Counted from the stretch's first letter, positions 40,065-52,350 are shown. The stretch: DNA of 64,000 nt from an uncultured Chloroflexia bacterium (GCA_963783725.1 CAWAOJ010000002.1:2153662-2217661), one strand, 5' to 3'. Made by a program: numbers and translations. The notes: a model not told the origin generated them from the letters alone.

Positions 40065-40541
40065 ATGTCGGCATCGGTCACGGGTTCACCGCGTCGTACG
40101 TCCCGACGTCCCACGAGGCTCGCGCTGGGAGGCCTCACGCTGGTCGCGTTGCTCCTCGCCGCATGCGGCGGCGGCGGCGGCGGTGGCGGTGGTGGTGGCA
40201 GCGCCTACCAGCTGAAGACCATGGTCATCAACCTCTCCGGCTCCGACGCCAAGGTCGGGGTGCAGGGACAGGCGGAGCAGGTCGTTCCGCAGTGCGACTT
40301 CAAGGAGGTCGACTTCCCGCTCAACGTCCCCTTCGTGCTCACCGTCAACGGACAGCCGGCCATCGACTCGAACACCCTGGAGGGCGGCGTGCCGGGCAAC
40401 GGCCAGGTCAACGTGCTGAGCCAGATCACCATCTCCAAGGACGGGAAGGTCAACATCGACAAGAAGCCGTACAACGGCTCGTCGGTGGTCGGCCCCAGCC
40501 GCCTGTACGTGAATTCGAGCTGCGCCAACCCGAAGGGCTGA
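40065..40541 (+). CDS. hypothetical lipoprotein with Gly11 linker
   Basis: GGAGG RBS, lipobox 'LAAC' followed by 11 Gly, two further Cys. Confidence 0.75.
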   Translation: MSASVTGSPRRTSRRPTRLALGGLTLVALLLAACGGGGGGGGGGGSAYQLKTMVINLSGSDAKVGVQGQAEQVVPQCDFKEVDFPLNVPFVLTVNGQPAIDSNTLEGGVPGNGQVNVLSQITISKDGKVNIDKKPYNGSSVVGPSRLYVNSSCANPKG

Positions 40542-40545
40542 GGGC

Positions 40546-41775
<1,230 letters not shown>

Positions 41776-41891
41776 CTCACCCGATAGTACGGTTTCGCAC
41801 CGGCGGGCGCTCAGCGGCGCCCGGCGCGCATCGCGCGGCACGCCGCGTGCAATGCCGGAACCGAACCGTGACCCTGATGACGATTGCGCGC

Positions 41892-42326
41892 ATGACCGAA
41901 CAGATCCCCAGAATCCAATCTCGCCGGCGGGCAGTCTGGATCGTCGAGGACGAGCCCGGCGCCGCGGAGCTGGCAGCGGACCTTTGCGCCGCACGTGGCG
42001 CCGAGGCGAGCCTGTTCCGTTCGGCGCTGCCGTTCCTGCGGGCATTCCGCGAGATCGAGCCGCCGAACGCGATCGTGCTCGACTGGCGTCTGGAGCGCGA
42101 GCTCTCGGCGGCGCTGTTCATGGCCACGCGGCATCGCTTCCCGGAGATGCCCGTCATCTACTGGACCGGCAGCCAGGCCGTGGCACTGCCGGCCATGATC
42201 CGTGATGACCCGCGCACCACGATCGTGGACAAGGCGGGGGGCGCGGACGCATTCGAGCAGGCCCTGCACTGGGCGCTCGAGCCGCGCGTCGGCGAGGACG
42301 ACAGCGCGGCGGGAGGTCCGATCTGA
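41892..42326 (+). CDS. stand-alone response regulator receiver-domain protein
   Basis: 'WIVEDE', 'IVLDW' phosphoacceptor, 'YWTG', 'IVDK'; the start may instead be 41877. Confidence 0.7.
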   Translation: MTEQIPRIQSRRRAVWIVEDEPGAAELAADLCAARGAEASLFRSALPFLRAFREIEPPNAIVLDWRLERELSAALFMATRHRFPEMPVIYWTGSQAVALPAMIRDDPRTTIVDKAGGADAFEQALHWALEPRVGEDDSAAGGPI

Positions 42327-42537
42327 TGGACAAGTTCATGGTTCCGCGCGATCCGCACCCCGGACGAGCCGGACGAGACTCACGCCCGACACCGCGCCGA
42401 TGGACTGGATCGAGCGCCCACATGACGAGTCCCCCGACGAGGAGGGCGCGAAGTTCGTCGGTGGCGAGGAGCCCGAGGAGTCGCCGGAGAAGGACCTCGA
42501 CGAGCCGGGGCCCGCGGACCGCACGCCTCGACCCTGA
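42326..42537 (+). CDS. small acidic protein, probably frameshifted near 42360-42380
   Basis: ATG overlaps the upstream stop (TGATG); '[50 protein letters not shown]' across frames. Confidence 0.5.
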
Positions 42538-42552
42538 GGCTCTGCCCTGGGC

Positions 42553-43788
42553 TCAGCCCTCGTAGCGGCCGATCACCAGCGCGGCGTTCATGCCGCCGAA
42601 GCCGAACGACGTGGAGAGGACGGTCCGCGCACGCGCGGAGCGTGCATCGGTCAGCAGGTTGAGGTCGAGCTCGGGATCTGCGCGCTGCAGGTTGCACGTG
42701 CCGGGCAGACAGTCGTGGGTGAGCGCCTGAACGCAGATCGCCGCCTCGATCGCCCCGCTGGCGCCGAGCGCGTGCCCGTACAGCCCCTTGGTCCCCGAGA
42801 CCGGCACATGGCGGGCGTGGTCGCCGAGCGCGGCGTGGAAGGCGCGGGCCTCGGCGCTCTCGTTGAGCCGCGTGGACGATCCGTGGGCGTTGACGTAGTC
42901 GATCGCGCCCGGCTCCAGCCCGGCCTCGTCGAGGGCGAGCCTCGTGGCGCGCGCCGACTGTGACCCGTCCGGCCGGGGCGCGGTCATGTGGTACGCGTCG
43001 TTCGTCGCGCCGAAGCCCAGCAGCTCGGCCAGGATGACGGCGCCGCGCCGTTCGGCCCGCTCGCGCTCCTCCAGCGCCAGCACCGCCGCGCCCTCCGCCA
43101 TGACGAACCCGTCGCGGTCCGCGTCGAACGGCCGCGAGGCGCTGGCGGGGTCGTCGTTGCGCTGCGACAGGACGCGGATCAACGCGAATGCGCCGAAGGT
43201 CAGCGGCGCGAGCGGCGCCTCCGCGCCGCCCGCCAGTGCCGCGTCCAGCTCGCCGGAACGGATGGCGTGGAAGGCCTGCCCGATCGCCACCGCGCCCGAG
43301 GCGCACGAGTTCGCGTTGCCGACCGCCGGGCCGGTGATGCCGAGGTCGAGGGCCACGTTGCTGGCCCCCGCGCCGCCGAAGACCGCCATGGCCAGCGTCG
43401 GCGCGACGCCGCGCACCCCGCGCGCCACGTAGGCGGCGTGCTGCTCCTCCCCGAAGGCGACGCCGCCCAGCGCCGAGCCCAGGAAGACGCCGGTGCGCTC
43501 GCGGTCGGTGCCGTTCGGCAGCAACGCGTCCTCGGACGCCATCCTGGCCGATGCGACCGCCAGCTGGCTGAAGCGGTCGAGCCGCCGCGCCCGGCGCGCA
43601 TCGAGATGGTCGGAGGCCACGAAATCGTCGATCTGCGCCGCGATGCGGCTCGGAAACGGCGACGCGTCGAAGCGGTCGATGCAGCGCACCGCCGAGCGGT
43701 TGCGAACCACGCCCTGCCACAGGCCGTCGCGGCCGTGACCGATGGGGGTGACGGCGCCGATGCCGGTGACCACCACGCGACGCGTCAT
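42553..43788 (-). CDS. fabF: beta-ketoacyl synthase (FabF/KS-alpha-like)
   Basis: 'RRVVVTGIG', 'NSCASG' catalytic Cys, 'RPFDADRDGFVMAEG', 'NAHGSST', 'KGLYGHALGA', 'SFGFGG'. Confidence 0.88.
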   Translation of the reverse strand: MTRRVVVTGIGAVTPIGHGRDGLWQGVVRNRSAVRCIDRFDASPFPSRIAAQIDDFVASDHLDARRARRLDRFSQLAVASARMASEDALLPNGTDRERTGVFLGSALGGVAFGEEQHAAYVARGVRGVAPTLAMAVFGGAGASNVALDLGITGPAVGNANSCASGAVAIGQAFHAIRSGELDAALAGGAEAPLAPLTFGAFALIRVLSQRNDDPASASRPFDADRDGFVMAEGAAVLALEERERAERRGAVILAELLGFGATNDAYHMTAPRPDGSQSARATRLALDEAGLEPGAIDYVNAHGSSTRLNESAEARAFHAALGDHARHVPVSGTKGLYGHALGASGAIEAAICVQALTHDCLPGTCNLQRADPELDLNLLTDARSARARTVLSTSFGFGGMNAALVIGRYEG

Positions 43789-44231
43789 GTGCCGGTCGCC
43801 TCGGAGAGGCGCTTGATGCGGCGCAGCGTGCGACGCGCGATCGGATCGACGAAGTGGGGCCCGATGACGTGATCCGCGGCGAGCCGGCCGATGAGCGGCC
43901 AGCCCAGCTCGAGGCGGTGCTCGATGCTGACCTGCGAGACGCCGTCCTGCGGCACGATGCGCCAGGCGACCTGCATGCCGCGGGTCAGCCCTCCGGTGTG
44001 GGTGAACTCGATGACGCCGTCGGCCGGCCGCGGCCGCTGCTCCGCCTCCCAGCGCACCGGGATCCGGCCGCGCCGCGCGCCCATCGCGAAGCGACGAACC
44101 TCGGGCGGCGCGGGCAGCCGCCTGACGTAGCGGTAGTGCGGCAGCAGCTGCGGCCAGCGCTCGACATCGGCGGCAAGGCGGAAGATGCGGTCCGGTGGCG
44201 CCGACATGCTGAGGCGCATCACGCTCCTCAC
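43785..44231 (-). CDS. SRPBCC/polyketide cyclase (aromatase-like) protein
   Basis: 'IFRLAADVERWPQLLPHYR', 'GMQVAWRI'; 4-bp overlaps with both neighbours. Confidence 0.82.
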   Translation of the reverse strand: MRSVMRLSMSAPPDRIFRLAADVERWPQLLPHYRYVRRLPAPPEVRRFAMGARRGRIPVRWEAEQRPRPADGVIEFTHTGGLTRGMQVAWRIVPQDGVSQVSIEHRLELGWPLIGRLAADHVIGPHFVDPIARRTLRRIKRLSEATGT

Positions 44232-45395
44232 GGCCGCAGTACCTCGAACAGGGCGAGCGGCGAGAGCGCGTCGAGCGCCGGGCGGCAGTCGCCGAGCGCG
44301 GATGCGAAGCGCAGCCGAGCCGCCTCGCGCGACGCGAGTCGTCGGACCCCGTAGCGCAGCACCGGCGGCGCGGCGAGCATCGCCTGCACCACCCAGGTCA
44401 GCGCGTCCTTGGAGGCGAAGGCGCGCCGCCGCGCGTCGCGGTACGCCGCGGCGGGATCCGGGGAGCGCAACGCCGCCGCCGCGGCGCGCGCGGATCGCAG
44501 GGCGCGGAAGATTCCCTCGCCGGTGAACGGGTCCACGAAGCCGGCCGCATCCCCGACCAGCATCCAGCCCGGCCCGCTGCTGCGTGTCACCCGGTGCCCG
44601 ATCGGCGATGCGCCGCGGATCGGCGCCACGCGCCGGCTCCCGCGCAGGCGGCGCGCGACCGCGGGCAGCGATGCGACCGCCGCCTCGAAGCGGGCGGCGG
44701 CGGGGCCGACCGGCGTCATCGGCAGCGCCATCCCCACGTTCAGCTCGCCGCCGGGGGTCGGCGCCAGGCCGATGTACAGGCCGCGCCCGACGTGCATCTC
44801 GCCACTCGCGCGCAGGCCGGCCACCCCGCTGAAGTGGGTCACCAGTCCCACGCGCCGCGGAAAGCGGACGCGGCCCTCGACGCCGAGCTGACGCGCGACC
44901 CGCCGACCGCGCTCCGTCGGCACCGACCACCCAGGAAGCTCGCACGTCGAACGAGCCGTTGGCGCGGCGCAGCCGCGCGCCGGTCACGCGCGGGCCGCGG
45001 CGTTCCAGCCGGTCGAGGCGCGTCTCCTGCACGAGCTCGGCACCGGCCTCCGCGGCTCGGTCCGCGAGCAGCGCGTCGAACGTTCGACGGTCGAGGCCCC
45101 ACGCCGTTCGCGGACCGTTCGCATCGGCATAGCGCAGGTCGGCGTTCGCGCCGTCGAGGCAGAGTCGCATGCCGTCGAGCGGCACCGCCGCACGCGACCA
45201 GGCCGCCGGCGTCAGCCCGATGTGGCGCAGCTCCTCCACGATCCGCGGGCTGGCGTACTCGGCGCAGGCCTTGGGGCGAGGGTGCCGCGCCGCCTCGACC
45301 AGCATGACGCGCATGCCGTCGGCGGCCGCCGCGGCAGCGAGGGCGGATCCGGCCGGGCCGGCGCCCACCACGAGCAGGTCGACGGCCGCGCTCAC
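44228..45395 (-). CDS. FAD-dependent oxidoreductase (geranylgeranyl reductase/monooxygenase-like); frameshift near 44905
   Basis: 'VVGAGPAG', 'RPKACAE', 'RRTFD', 'VGADG', 'VGDAAGFVDPFTGEGI'. Confidence 0.88.
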
Positions 45396-46176
45396 AGCGC
45401 GACGGCGGTCGTCACGACGCGCGGCATGTGCGATCCCGTGCGGGCGACGACCTCCAGCCCTGCCGCGTGCATCAACTCGTCGAGCTCGCGCAGGCTGTAG
45501 GCGCGGCGCGCGGAGAGGATCCCGTCGTGGCGCGTGTACCTGGCACGGGCAAGGGTGGCGACCATGATCGCCGTTGCCGCGAAGGCGATGGGGCCGCGTC
45601 GCAGGTCGTTGACCACCACCCCGCGTCGCGCGACGCGGCTCATCTCGGACAGCACCCCCAGCGCGTCCTGCGGCTCGAGGTGATGGAGCAGCAGCGAGGC
45701 ATGCGCGACGTCGAATTCGCCGTCGTCGAAGGGGAGCCAGCGGCCGTCGGCGAGCTGCGCGTCGAGGTGCGGGCGGCCCGTCAGCCGGCGCTTGGCCACG
45801 GCCATCACCTGCGGATGGTGGTCGATGGCGGTGACGTCCCATGCCGCCCGGCCGCGCCGGCCGTGGCGGGCGAACGCGACGGCCATCTCGCCGCCACCGG
45901 TTCCCACGTCCAGGATGCGCAGCGAGCGCGCGCCGGCGGCAAGGTGCTCGATGGCGGCGATGCTGTCGGCGGTGCCGCCGGGCAGCCGGTTCAGCATCGC
46001 CAGCTCGCGAAGGTTCGCGCGCAGCTCGGCGGGGTCCAGCGCCGGGGCGTCCAGGAGCTCGGGCTCGTGGCTGCGCCTGGACAGCCTCGCCAGCGGATGC
46101 GGCACGTGCGGGTGCGGCATGTGCGGATGCGGCAGTGCGGATGCGGCACCTTCCGCATCGGTCCTGGAACGTTCAT
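45392..46176 (-). CDS. SAM-dependent methyltransferase with N-terminal His-Pro repeat (start 46176 if one frameshift, otherwise 46120)
   Basis: 'ELLD', 'NLRELAMLNRLPGG', 'ILDVGTGGG', 'SLLLHHL', 'NDLRR', 'HDGILSARRAY'. Confidence 0.85.
46091..46149 (-). repeat. four 15-bp tandem units encoding xPHPH
   Basis: (G/A/-)TGCCGCAYCCGCAC x4 on the minus strand; unit 2 is one base short. Confidence 0.8.
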
Positions 46177-46253
46177 CGTCTCGTCACCATGACAGGGTAC
46201 GCGGTCCGATACGGAGGGCAATCGCCGACGCCCGCGCTACACTTGCCGCCACG

Positions 46254-47252
46254 ATGACTGCCACCGTTCCGCCCACCACCGGCGACGCGCCGCAGACCGA
46301 CGAGCGCCACCATCGCGTCGCGATCATCGGCTCCGGCCCCGCCGGCCTCACGGCCGCGCTGTACACGTCGCGTGCCAACCTGTCGCCCATCGTCTTCGGC
46401 GGCAACGTGCCGTACGGCCAGCTGATGATCACCACCGACGTCGAGAACTTCCCCGGCTTCCCGCAGGGCATCCAGGGCCCGGACCTGATGGCGCTCTTCA
46501 AGGAGCAGGCCGAGCGCTTCGGCGCGCGGATCGTGGAGCGCGATGTCACCCGCGTGCAGCTGGGCTCACGGCCGTTCCGGCTGTGGGTGGGGCAGGACGA
46601 GTACACGGCCGATGCGGTCATCGTGGCCACCGGCGCCTCGGCGCTGTGGCTCGGCATCCCGTCCGAGGAGGAGTTCCGTGGTCGTGGCGTGTCCGCCTGC
46701 GCGACGTGCGACGGCTTCTTCTTCCGGGATCGTGAGATCGCGGTGGTCGGCGGCGGAGACACCGCGCTCGAGGAGGCGCTCTTCCTGACCCGCTTCGCGT
46801 CGAAGGTCACCATGCTCGTGCGGCGCGACCAGTTCCGGGGCTCGAAGATCATGCAGGATCGCGCCGCGGAGCACCCCAAGATCGACATCCAGTGGAACAG
46901 CGAGGTCGCCGAGGTGCGCGGCGGGATGACCGTCGAGTCGCTGCTGCTGCGCGACACCGGCACCGGCGAGGAGCGCGAGATGCCGGCGCAGGGGCTCTTC
47001 ATCGCCATCGGCTACAAGCCGAACACCGACCTGTTCGTGGACGCGCTGGAGCTCGACGAACGCGGCTATCTGAAGGTGACCGATGAGACCGGATCGGCCA
47101 TCGAGGGCGTCTTCATCGCCGGCGACGTCCACGACCATCGCTACCGGCAGGCGATCACCGCCGCCGGCGACGGCTGCAAGGCCGCCATCGACGTCGAGCG
47201 CTGGCTGGAATCGGTCGGCGAGATCGAGCACGTCACCGCCACCAACTGGTAG
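46254..47252 (+). CDS. trxB: thioredoxin-disulfide reductase
   Basis: 'IIGSGPAG', 'GQLMITTDVENFPG', 'CATCDG', 'GGGDTA', 'YRQAITAAG'. Confidence 0.96.
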   Translation: MTATVPPTTGDAPQTDERHHRVAIIGSGPAGLTAALYTSRANLSPIVFGGNVPYGQLMITTDVENFPGFPQGIQGPDLMALFKEQAERFGARIVERDVTRVQLGSRPFRLWVGQDEYTADAVIVATGASALWLGIPSEEEFRGRGVSACATCDGFFFRDREIAVVGGGDTALEEALFLTRFASKVTMLVRRDQFRGSKIMQDRAAEHPKIDIQWNSEVAEVRGGMTVESLLLRDTGTGEEREMPAQGLFIAIGYKPNTDLFVDALELDERGYLKVTDETGSAIEGVFIAGDVHDHRYRQAITAAGDGCKAAIDVERWLESVGEIEHVTATNW

Positions 47253-47297
47253 TCCGCCGGGGCGGATGCGCGCCCGAAGCACACACCTGGAGGCACG

Positions 47298-48014
47298 TTG
47301 AAGCTACTGCTCACGTCGGGCGGCGTCACCAACCCAACCATCCACTCGGCGCTCCTGGAGCTTCTCGGCAAGCCGATTGCCGAGTCGCACGCCCTCTGCG
47401 TCCCGACAGCGCAGTGGGGCCATCCGATGTGCGGCCCCGCATCGGTACGGGGCTTCGTCGCCGCCGAGCCGCAGTGGCGGAACTTCTCCGGCCTGGGCTG
47501 GGCGTCGCTCGGCGTTCTCGAGCTCACGGCGCTGCCCAGCATCGGCGCGGAGCGATGGGTCCCCTGGGTCCGCGAGGCTGACGTGCTGCTCGTCGATGGC
47601 GGGGACGCGACCTACCTGTGCCACTGGCTGCTGCAGTCGGGGCTCGCCGATCTGCTGCCGTCGCTCCATGACAAGGTCTGGGTGGGAGTGAGTGCCGGGA
47701 GCATGGTGATGACGCCCCGGATCGGAGCGGACTTCGTTCACTGGCCGTCCGCGCCGGACGACCGTACGCTGGGCGTGGTCGACTTTTCGATCTTTCCGCA
47801 CCTCGACGCCTTCCCGACCAACACCGTGGCGCACGCCGAGCGGTGGGCCGCCGACATCGGCGTCCCCGCCTATGCCATCGACGAACAGACGGCGATCAAG
47901 GTTCTCGACGGCTCGGTGGACGTGGTTTCCGAGGGACGGTGGATCAAGTTCGGGTCAGAGGTGGCCGGCATTCGTGATGCTGCGTCCTCGGCGAGTCCGC
48001 GCCGCACGCGCTGA
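47298..48014 (+). CDS. peptidase E / S51 (type 1 glutamine amidotransferase-like)
   Basis: 'MKLLLTSGG', 'VDGGD', 'GVSAGS', 'IFPHL'. Confidence 0.88.
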   Translation: MKLLLTSGGVTNPTIHSALLELLGKPIAESHALCVPTAQWGHPMCGPASVRGFVAAEPQWRNFSGLGWASLGVLELTALPSIGAERWVPWVREADVLLVDGGDATYLCHWLLQSGLADLLPSLHDKVWVGVSAGSMVMTPRIGADFVHWPSAPDDRTLGVVDFSIFPHLDAFPTNTVAHAERWAADIGVPAYAIDEQTAIKVLDGSVDVVSEGRWIKFGSEVAGIRDAASSASPRRTR

Positions 48015-48071
48015 GGAACCGGCACGCGCCCTGCTCCGCGAGCTGACCGAAAGAACGCAGGGACAGGTGCA

Positions 48072-48627
<556 letters not shown>

Positions 48628-48635
<8 letters not shown>

Positions 48636-49519
48636 GGAGGCGCCCGGCGAGCTCCTGGTCCATCCCCTCGCGGCCCGATGCGGCGAGGTGCTCCAGCGTC
48701 GCCCGCCAGCGTCGATCGGCGGAGAAGGCGACCGCCAGCTCTCGACGAGCGTCCTCGATCTCGCCCCGCTTGGCGTGCTCGATGCCCATCCAGAAGACGA
48801 GCTCCATCGCGTCGGGCGCGCGCCGCCGCGCCTCCGCGTAGCGATCGGCCTCGGCCCGGCCGCCCTTCGCCGCGTCGCCCGCGTCGTCCAGCAGGTCGTA
48901 CGCCTCCTGCGTCGTCACCAGCCGACGCAGCTCGGGGACCGGATCGGCGATGGTCCTCGACGCGCAGGTCCATCAGCCGTCCCTGCCAGGAGGCTGCCTG
49001 CAGACCCGCCTCCACGATCAGGATGGCCGCCGACTGCCTCCCGCGCACGTCGCCCCCCTCCGCCTCCGCGGCCTCCAGCGCGCGCAGAAGGCGCTCGCTG
49101 AACGGCAGCTCCGCGGACTCGCGGTACGCCCGCGCCATCGCCGGCCAGCACGTGTCGCGCTCGAGCAGGTTGCCCTGCACGGTGAACGCGTCGCCCTCGA
49201 TGTGGCCGGCGGCCGGGATCGTCTCCGACCCGGTGAAGGCCGCCACGCCGCCGCGCGCGTCCACCACGCCGAGCTGCCGCTGCTGCGCTCCGGGATCGCT
49301 GGCGATCAGCGCCGCCACGACCTCGCTGGCCGAGCGTCCGGCACGGAGCAGCTCCAGGCCGATCGGCCCGAACGAGATGTTGACCGATGCCTGGGTGGCG
49401 ATGGCGCCGACGCCGGCCTCGGCCCACGGGACGACCGGCCCGACGCTCAGGAAGTGCGACTGCACGGCGACGCCGAAGCGTCCGGTGGCGGGGTCGCGCG
49501 CCACGATGCTGTAGGTCAT
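48628..49519 (-). CDS. DUF1028 (Ntn-hydrolase-like) protein with helical C-terminus; frameshift near 48945
   Basis: 'MTYSIVARD', 'GVAVQSH', 'GAIATQ', 'QGNLL', 'GGDVRGRQSAA', 'DLRVEDH'. Confidence 0.87.
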
Positions 49520-49528
49520 GAGCGCAGC

Positions 49529-50305
49529 CTACGCCGCGGCCGCCGCGCGGGCTATGGCGAGCCAGCTCTCGAGGTCGTCGCGTTCCGGGAGCCCGCGAAC
49601 CACGCAGGAGTCGAGCACGGACCGATACGGCGCCAGCGCTGCCGGCACCTCGTCCGGCTCCTCCGCCGCCACGCCGAGCAGCGCCGCGCCCTGCTCCGCG
49701 ACCTGTCGCGCGTAGGCGGGTGAGCGGCGGTATCCCTCGAGCTCCGCGTCGAGGCGGGCCGTTGCGCCCGGACCGACGGCCACCCGGACGTAGGCGGCCA
49801 CCCGCGGAACGGGCCGGCCGGCCGCCGCCGCGCCCGCATCGATCCGTTCGCGTGACGCCACCACGCGCGCCGGCGCGGCCCAGTTGAGCAGCACCACGTC
49901 GGCGGTCTCGCCGGCGAGCCGGAGCATCCTCGGGCCCAGCGCGGCGACCGCGATCCGGGCGCCCGGGAGGCTGGAGCGGAGCGTCTCGACCCCATCGCGC
50001 ACCAGCTCCACCGACCGCGAGCGCCCGCTGCCGACGCCGATGACCAGGCGATCGAGCGGGAGGGCCAGCCCGCGCACCTCGTCCGCCACGACCGCCGCGC
50101 TGCGCTCGGACAGGCCCACCACCCCCACGCACAGGTCCATCTGCGGCGAGGGGGGAGCGGCGGCGGCGAGCGTCGCGGGACCCGAGCCGCGTCGCGTGTC
50201 GTTCGACCACAGCTCGTCGTAGCCGAGCCGCTCGAGGGCCGCGCCGAGCTCCGGCAGCCAGGGACGCGGCGCTCCGGTGATGCCGAAGCCGAGATGGCGC
50301 TCCAC
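49529..50305 (-). CDS. LLM-class (luciferase-like) flavin-dependent oxidoreductase, short form
   Basis: 'ERLGYDELW', 'LVIGVGSG', 'VAALGPRMLRLAGETADVVLLNW'. Confidence 0.8.
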   Translation of the reverse strand: MERHLGFGITGAPRPWLPELGAALERLGYDELWSNDTRRGSGPATLAAAAPPSPQMDLCVGVVGLSERSAAVVADEVRGLALPLDRLVIGVGSGRSRSVELVRDGVETLRSSLPGARIAVAALGPRMLRLAGETADVVLLNWAAPARVVASRERIDAGAAAAGRPVPRVAAYVRVAVGPGATARLDAELEGYRRSPAYARQVAEQGAALLGVAAEEPDEVPAALAPYRSVLDSCVVRGLPERDDLESWLAIARAAAAA

Positions 50306-50325
50306 GGTCGCCGCGGCTCAGCGGC

Positions 50326-51061
50326 TCAGCGACCCAGCGCCGCGGCGGCCACGTCCGGGGCGTCGGTCACGAACGCCCACAGCCCCAGCGCCTCGAGCTG
50401 CTGCATGCGCTGCGGCTCGTTGACGACGTAGCAGCCCACCAGGCGGCCGAGCGCCGCTGCCTGCATGAGCGGGTAGGTCGGATCGAGCCCGAGGTCGCCG
50501 TCCCACGGCAGCACGGCCGCGTGGCCGTGCTCGACGGCGTAGGTCAGGCCGCGCTCGATCCTGTCCGACGGCACCAGCAGCAGCCCGGTCGGGATGGACG
50601 GCTCCAGCGCCCGCGCCTCGTTGATCGCCGCCTCGTCGAACGAGATCAGGCTCACCGCGCCGGCGGCCGCGACGCGCGAGCCGCGGACCGCCTCGACGGT
50701 GCCCGGCACCGCCGCCCGCGCCTTCAGCTCGATGGCCAGGCCGGTCCCCTCCGGCAGCCAGTCGAGCACCTCGGCAAGGGTGGGCACGGTCAGCCCTCGA
50801 TCAGCGAAGCCGCCGTCGGCGAAGCGCGCGCCCGCATCGGCCCGGCGAATCTCGTCCATGCGCAGCCCCGCCACCGCGCCCGAGCCGGAGGTGGTGCGGT
50901 CGATGGTGTCGTCGTGGATGACGGCCAGCTGGCCGTCGGCGGTGAGGTGCACGTCGATCTCGATCGCGTCGGCGCCCTGCTCGAGGGCGAGCTCGTAGGC
51001 GGCGAACGTGTTCTCCGGCGCGTGCGCCGACAGCGCCGCGATGCGCGACGACCAGGGTCAT
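50326..51061 (-). CDS. glycerophosphodiester phosphodiesterase; frameshift near 51030
   Basis: 'MTLVVAHRG', 'PENTFAAY', 'IEIDVHLTADG', 'HDDTIDRTT', 'IELK', 'ISFD'. Confidence 0.9.
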
Positions 51062-52350
51062 CGCTCGGGGACCGTGCGAACGACGAGGTAGCCGGCGACC
51101 ATCAGCACCAGCAGCGAGAGGATCGCGACCTGGTAGGCGAGGTGGCCGACGCGTGGGAGCAGCAGGTAGATGATCGACCCGTAGACGACCGGACCGATGA
51201 CGGCGCTGAACTTCCCGGCCAGCCCGTACAGGCCGAACATCTCGCCGATGCGCTCGGGCGGCGCCAGGCGCAGCAGGAAGAGCCGATCGGTGACCGCCAC
51301 CCCGCCCAGCCCCGAGCCGAGCACCGCCCCGGCGATCAGGAACGGGATGCGGTCGAGCCACAGGCCGAGCAGCAGCAGCCCGGCGGCCCACGAGGCGAGG
51401 ACGAGCAGCAGCGTGCGCTTCGGTCCCCAGCGGTCGGCGAGCAGGCCCCAGCCGAACGAGGCGATCACCGCGACGACCGTGAGCAGCAGCAGGATGTTGA
51501 GGGCCTCGCCGCTGGTGAAGCCGATGGCCTGGGTGGCGAAGGCGCTCATCACCACGATGGCGGTGTTCACCGGGTCAGAGTAGAGGAAGCGGCCGACCAG
51601 GAAGCGCAGCAGACCCGGCGTCTCTCGCGCGTGTCGCACCGTCTCGCGCAGCTGCGACCACGACCGCAGCGCCTCGCTCATCCGGAAGCGCTCCCCGCGC
51701 TCGCGGCGCTCGTGGACGCGGACGAAGATCGGCACCGCGAAGAGCGCGAACAGCGCGCCGATGAGCGCGAAGCTCGCCGGGGTGGAGTCGCCGTTCGCAT
51801 CGGTCGTCAGCTTGAAGAGCAGGCCGGAGACGATGGTGCCGAGGTAGCCCAGCGCCACGCCGATCCCCGACAGGCGGCCGCGCGTCTCGGGTCGCGCGAC
51901 CTCGGGCAGCAGCGCGTCGTAGTAGATCAGCGCGGCCTGGTAGGCGAAGTTGGCGATCGCGAAGGCGAGCAGCCCCAGGCCGATGTCGATGAAGCCGATG
52001 ACGATGGTCGGACCGATGCAGAGCGCGGTGAAGGCAAGCAGGAAGCCCTTGCGCCGGCCGACCCGGTCGCTCATGGCGCCCAGCACCGGCGACACGGCGG
52101 CGTTGACCAGGACCGATGCGCTCACCGCCAGCGTGAATGCGAACTGTCCCTGCGCCTCTCCCAGGTGCGCGATGGCCCACAGGCTCATGGCGTAGCTGAC
52201 GATGGCGAAGCTGAAGATGGTGTTGGCGAAGTCGTACAGAGCCCAGGAGAGCGCCTCGACGGGGCTCCCCGAGCGCGTCAGCGAGCCGAGCCCGCGCCAC
52301 CAGCGCGCGGGAGGAAAGGCGGGGACGGCGGGAGGCGGCGGCAGCGTCAC
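51058..52350 (-). CDS. MFS transporter (UMF1/ATG22-like)
   Basis: 'WALYDFANT', 'SPVLGAMSD', 'YYDALLP', 'GIGVALGYLG', 'FGLY'. Confidence 0.88.
   Translation of the reverse strand: MTLPPPPAVPAFPPARWWRGLGSLTRSGSPVEALSWALYDFANTIFSFAIVSYAMSLWAIAHLGEAQGQFAFTLAVSASVLVNAAVSPVLGAMSDRVGRRKGFLLAFTALCIGPTIVIGFIDIGLGLLAFAIANFAYQAALIYYDALLPEVARPETRGRLSGIGVALGYLGTIVSGLLFKLTTDANGDSTPASFALIGALFALFAVPIFVRVHERRERGERFRMSEALRSWSQLRETVRHARETPGLLRFLVGRFLYSDPVNTAIVVMSAFATQAIGFTSGEALNILLLLTVVAVIASFGWGLLADRWGPKRTLLLVLASWAAGLLLLGLWLDRIPFLIAGAVLGSGLGGVAVTDRLFLLRLAPPERIGEMFGLYGLAGKFSAVIGPVVYGSIIYLLLPRVGHLAYQVAILSLLVLMVAGYLVVRTVPER

Noticed and set aside
40167..40199. GGC/GGT run as a phase-variable tract
   Set aside because: It is an in-frame Gly11 linker after a lipobox with mixed codons; slippage would not change the frame.
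43785..45842. 685-aa flavoprotein-cyclase fusion
   Set aside because: This is a frameshift artefact. The flavoprotein ends at 44228 and the cyclase starts separately at 44231.
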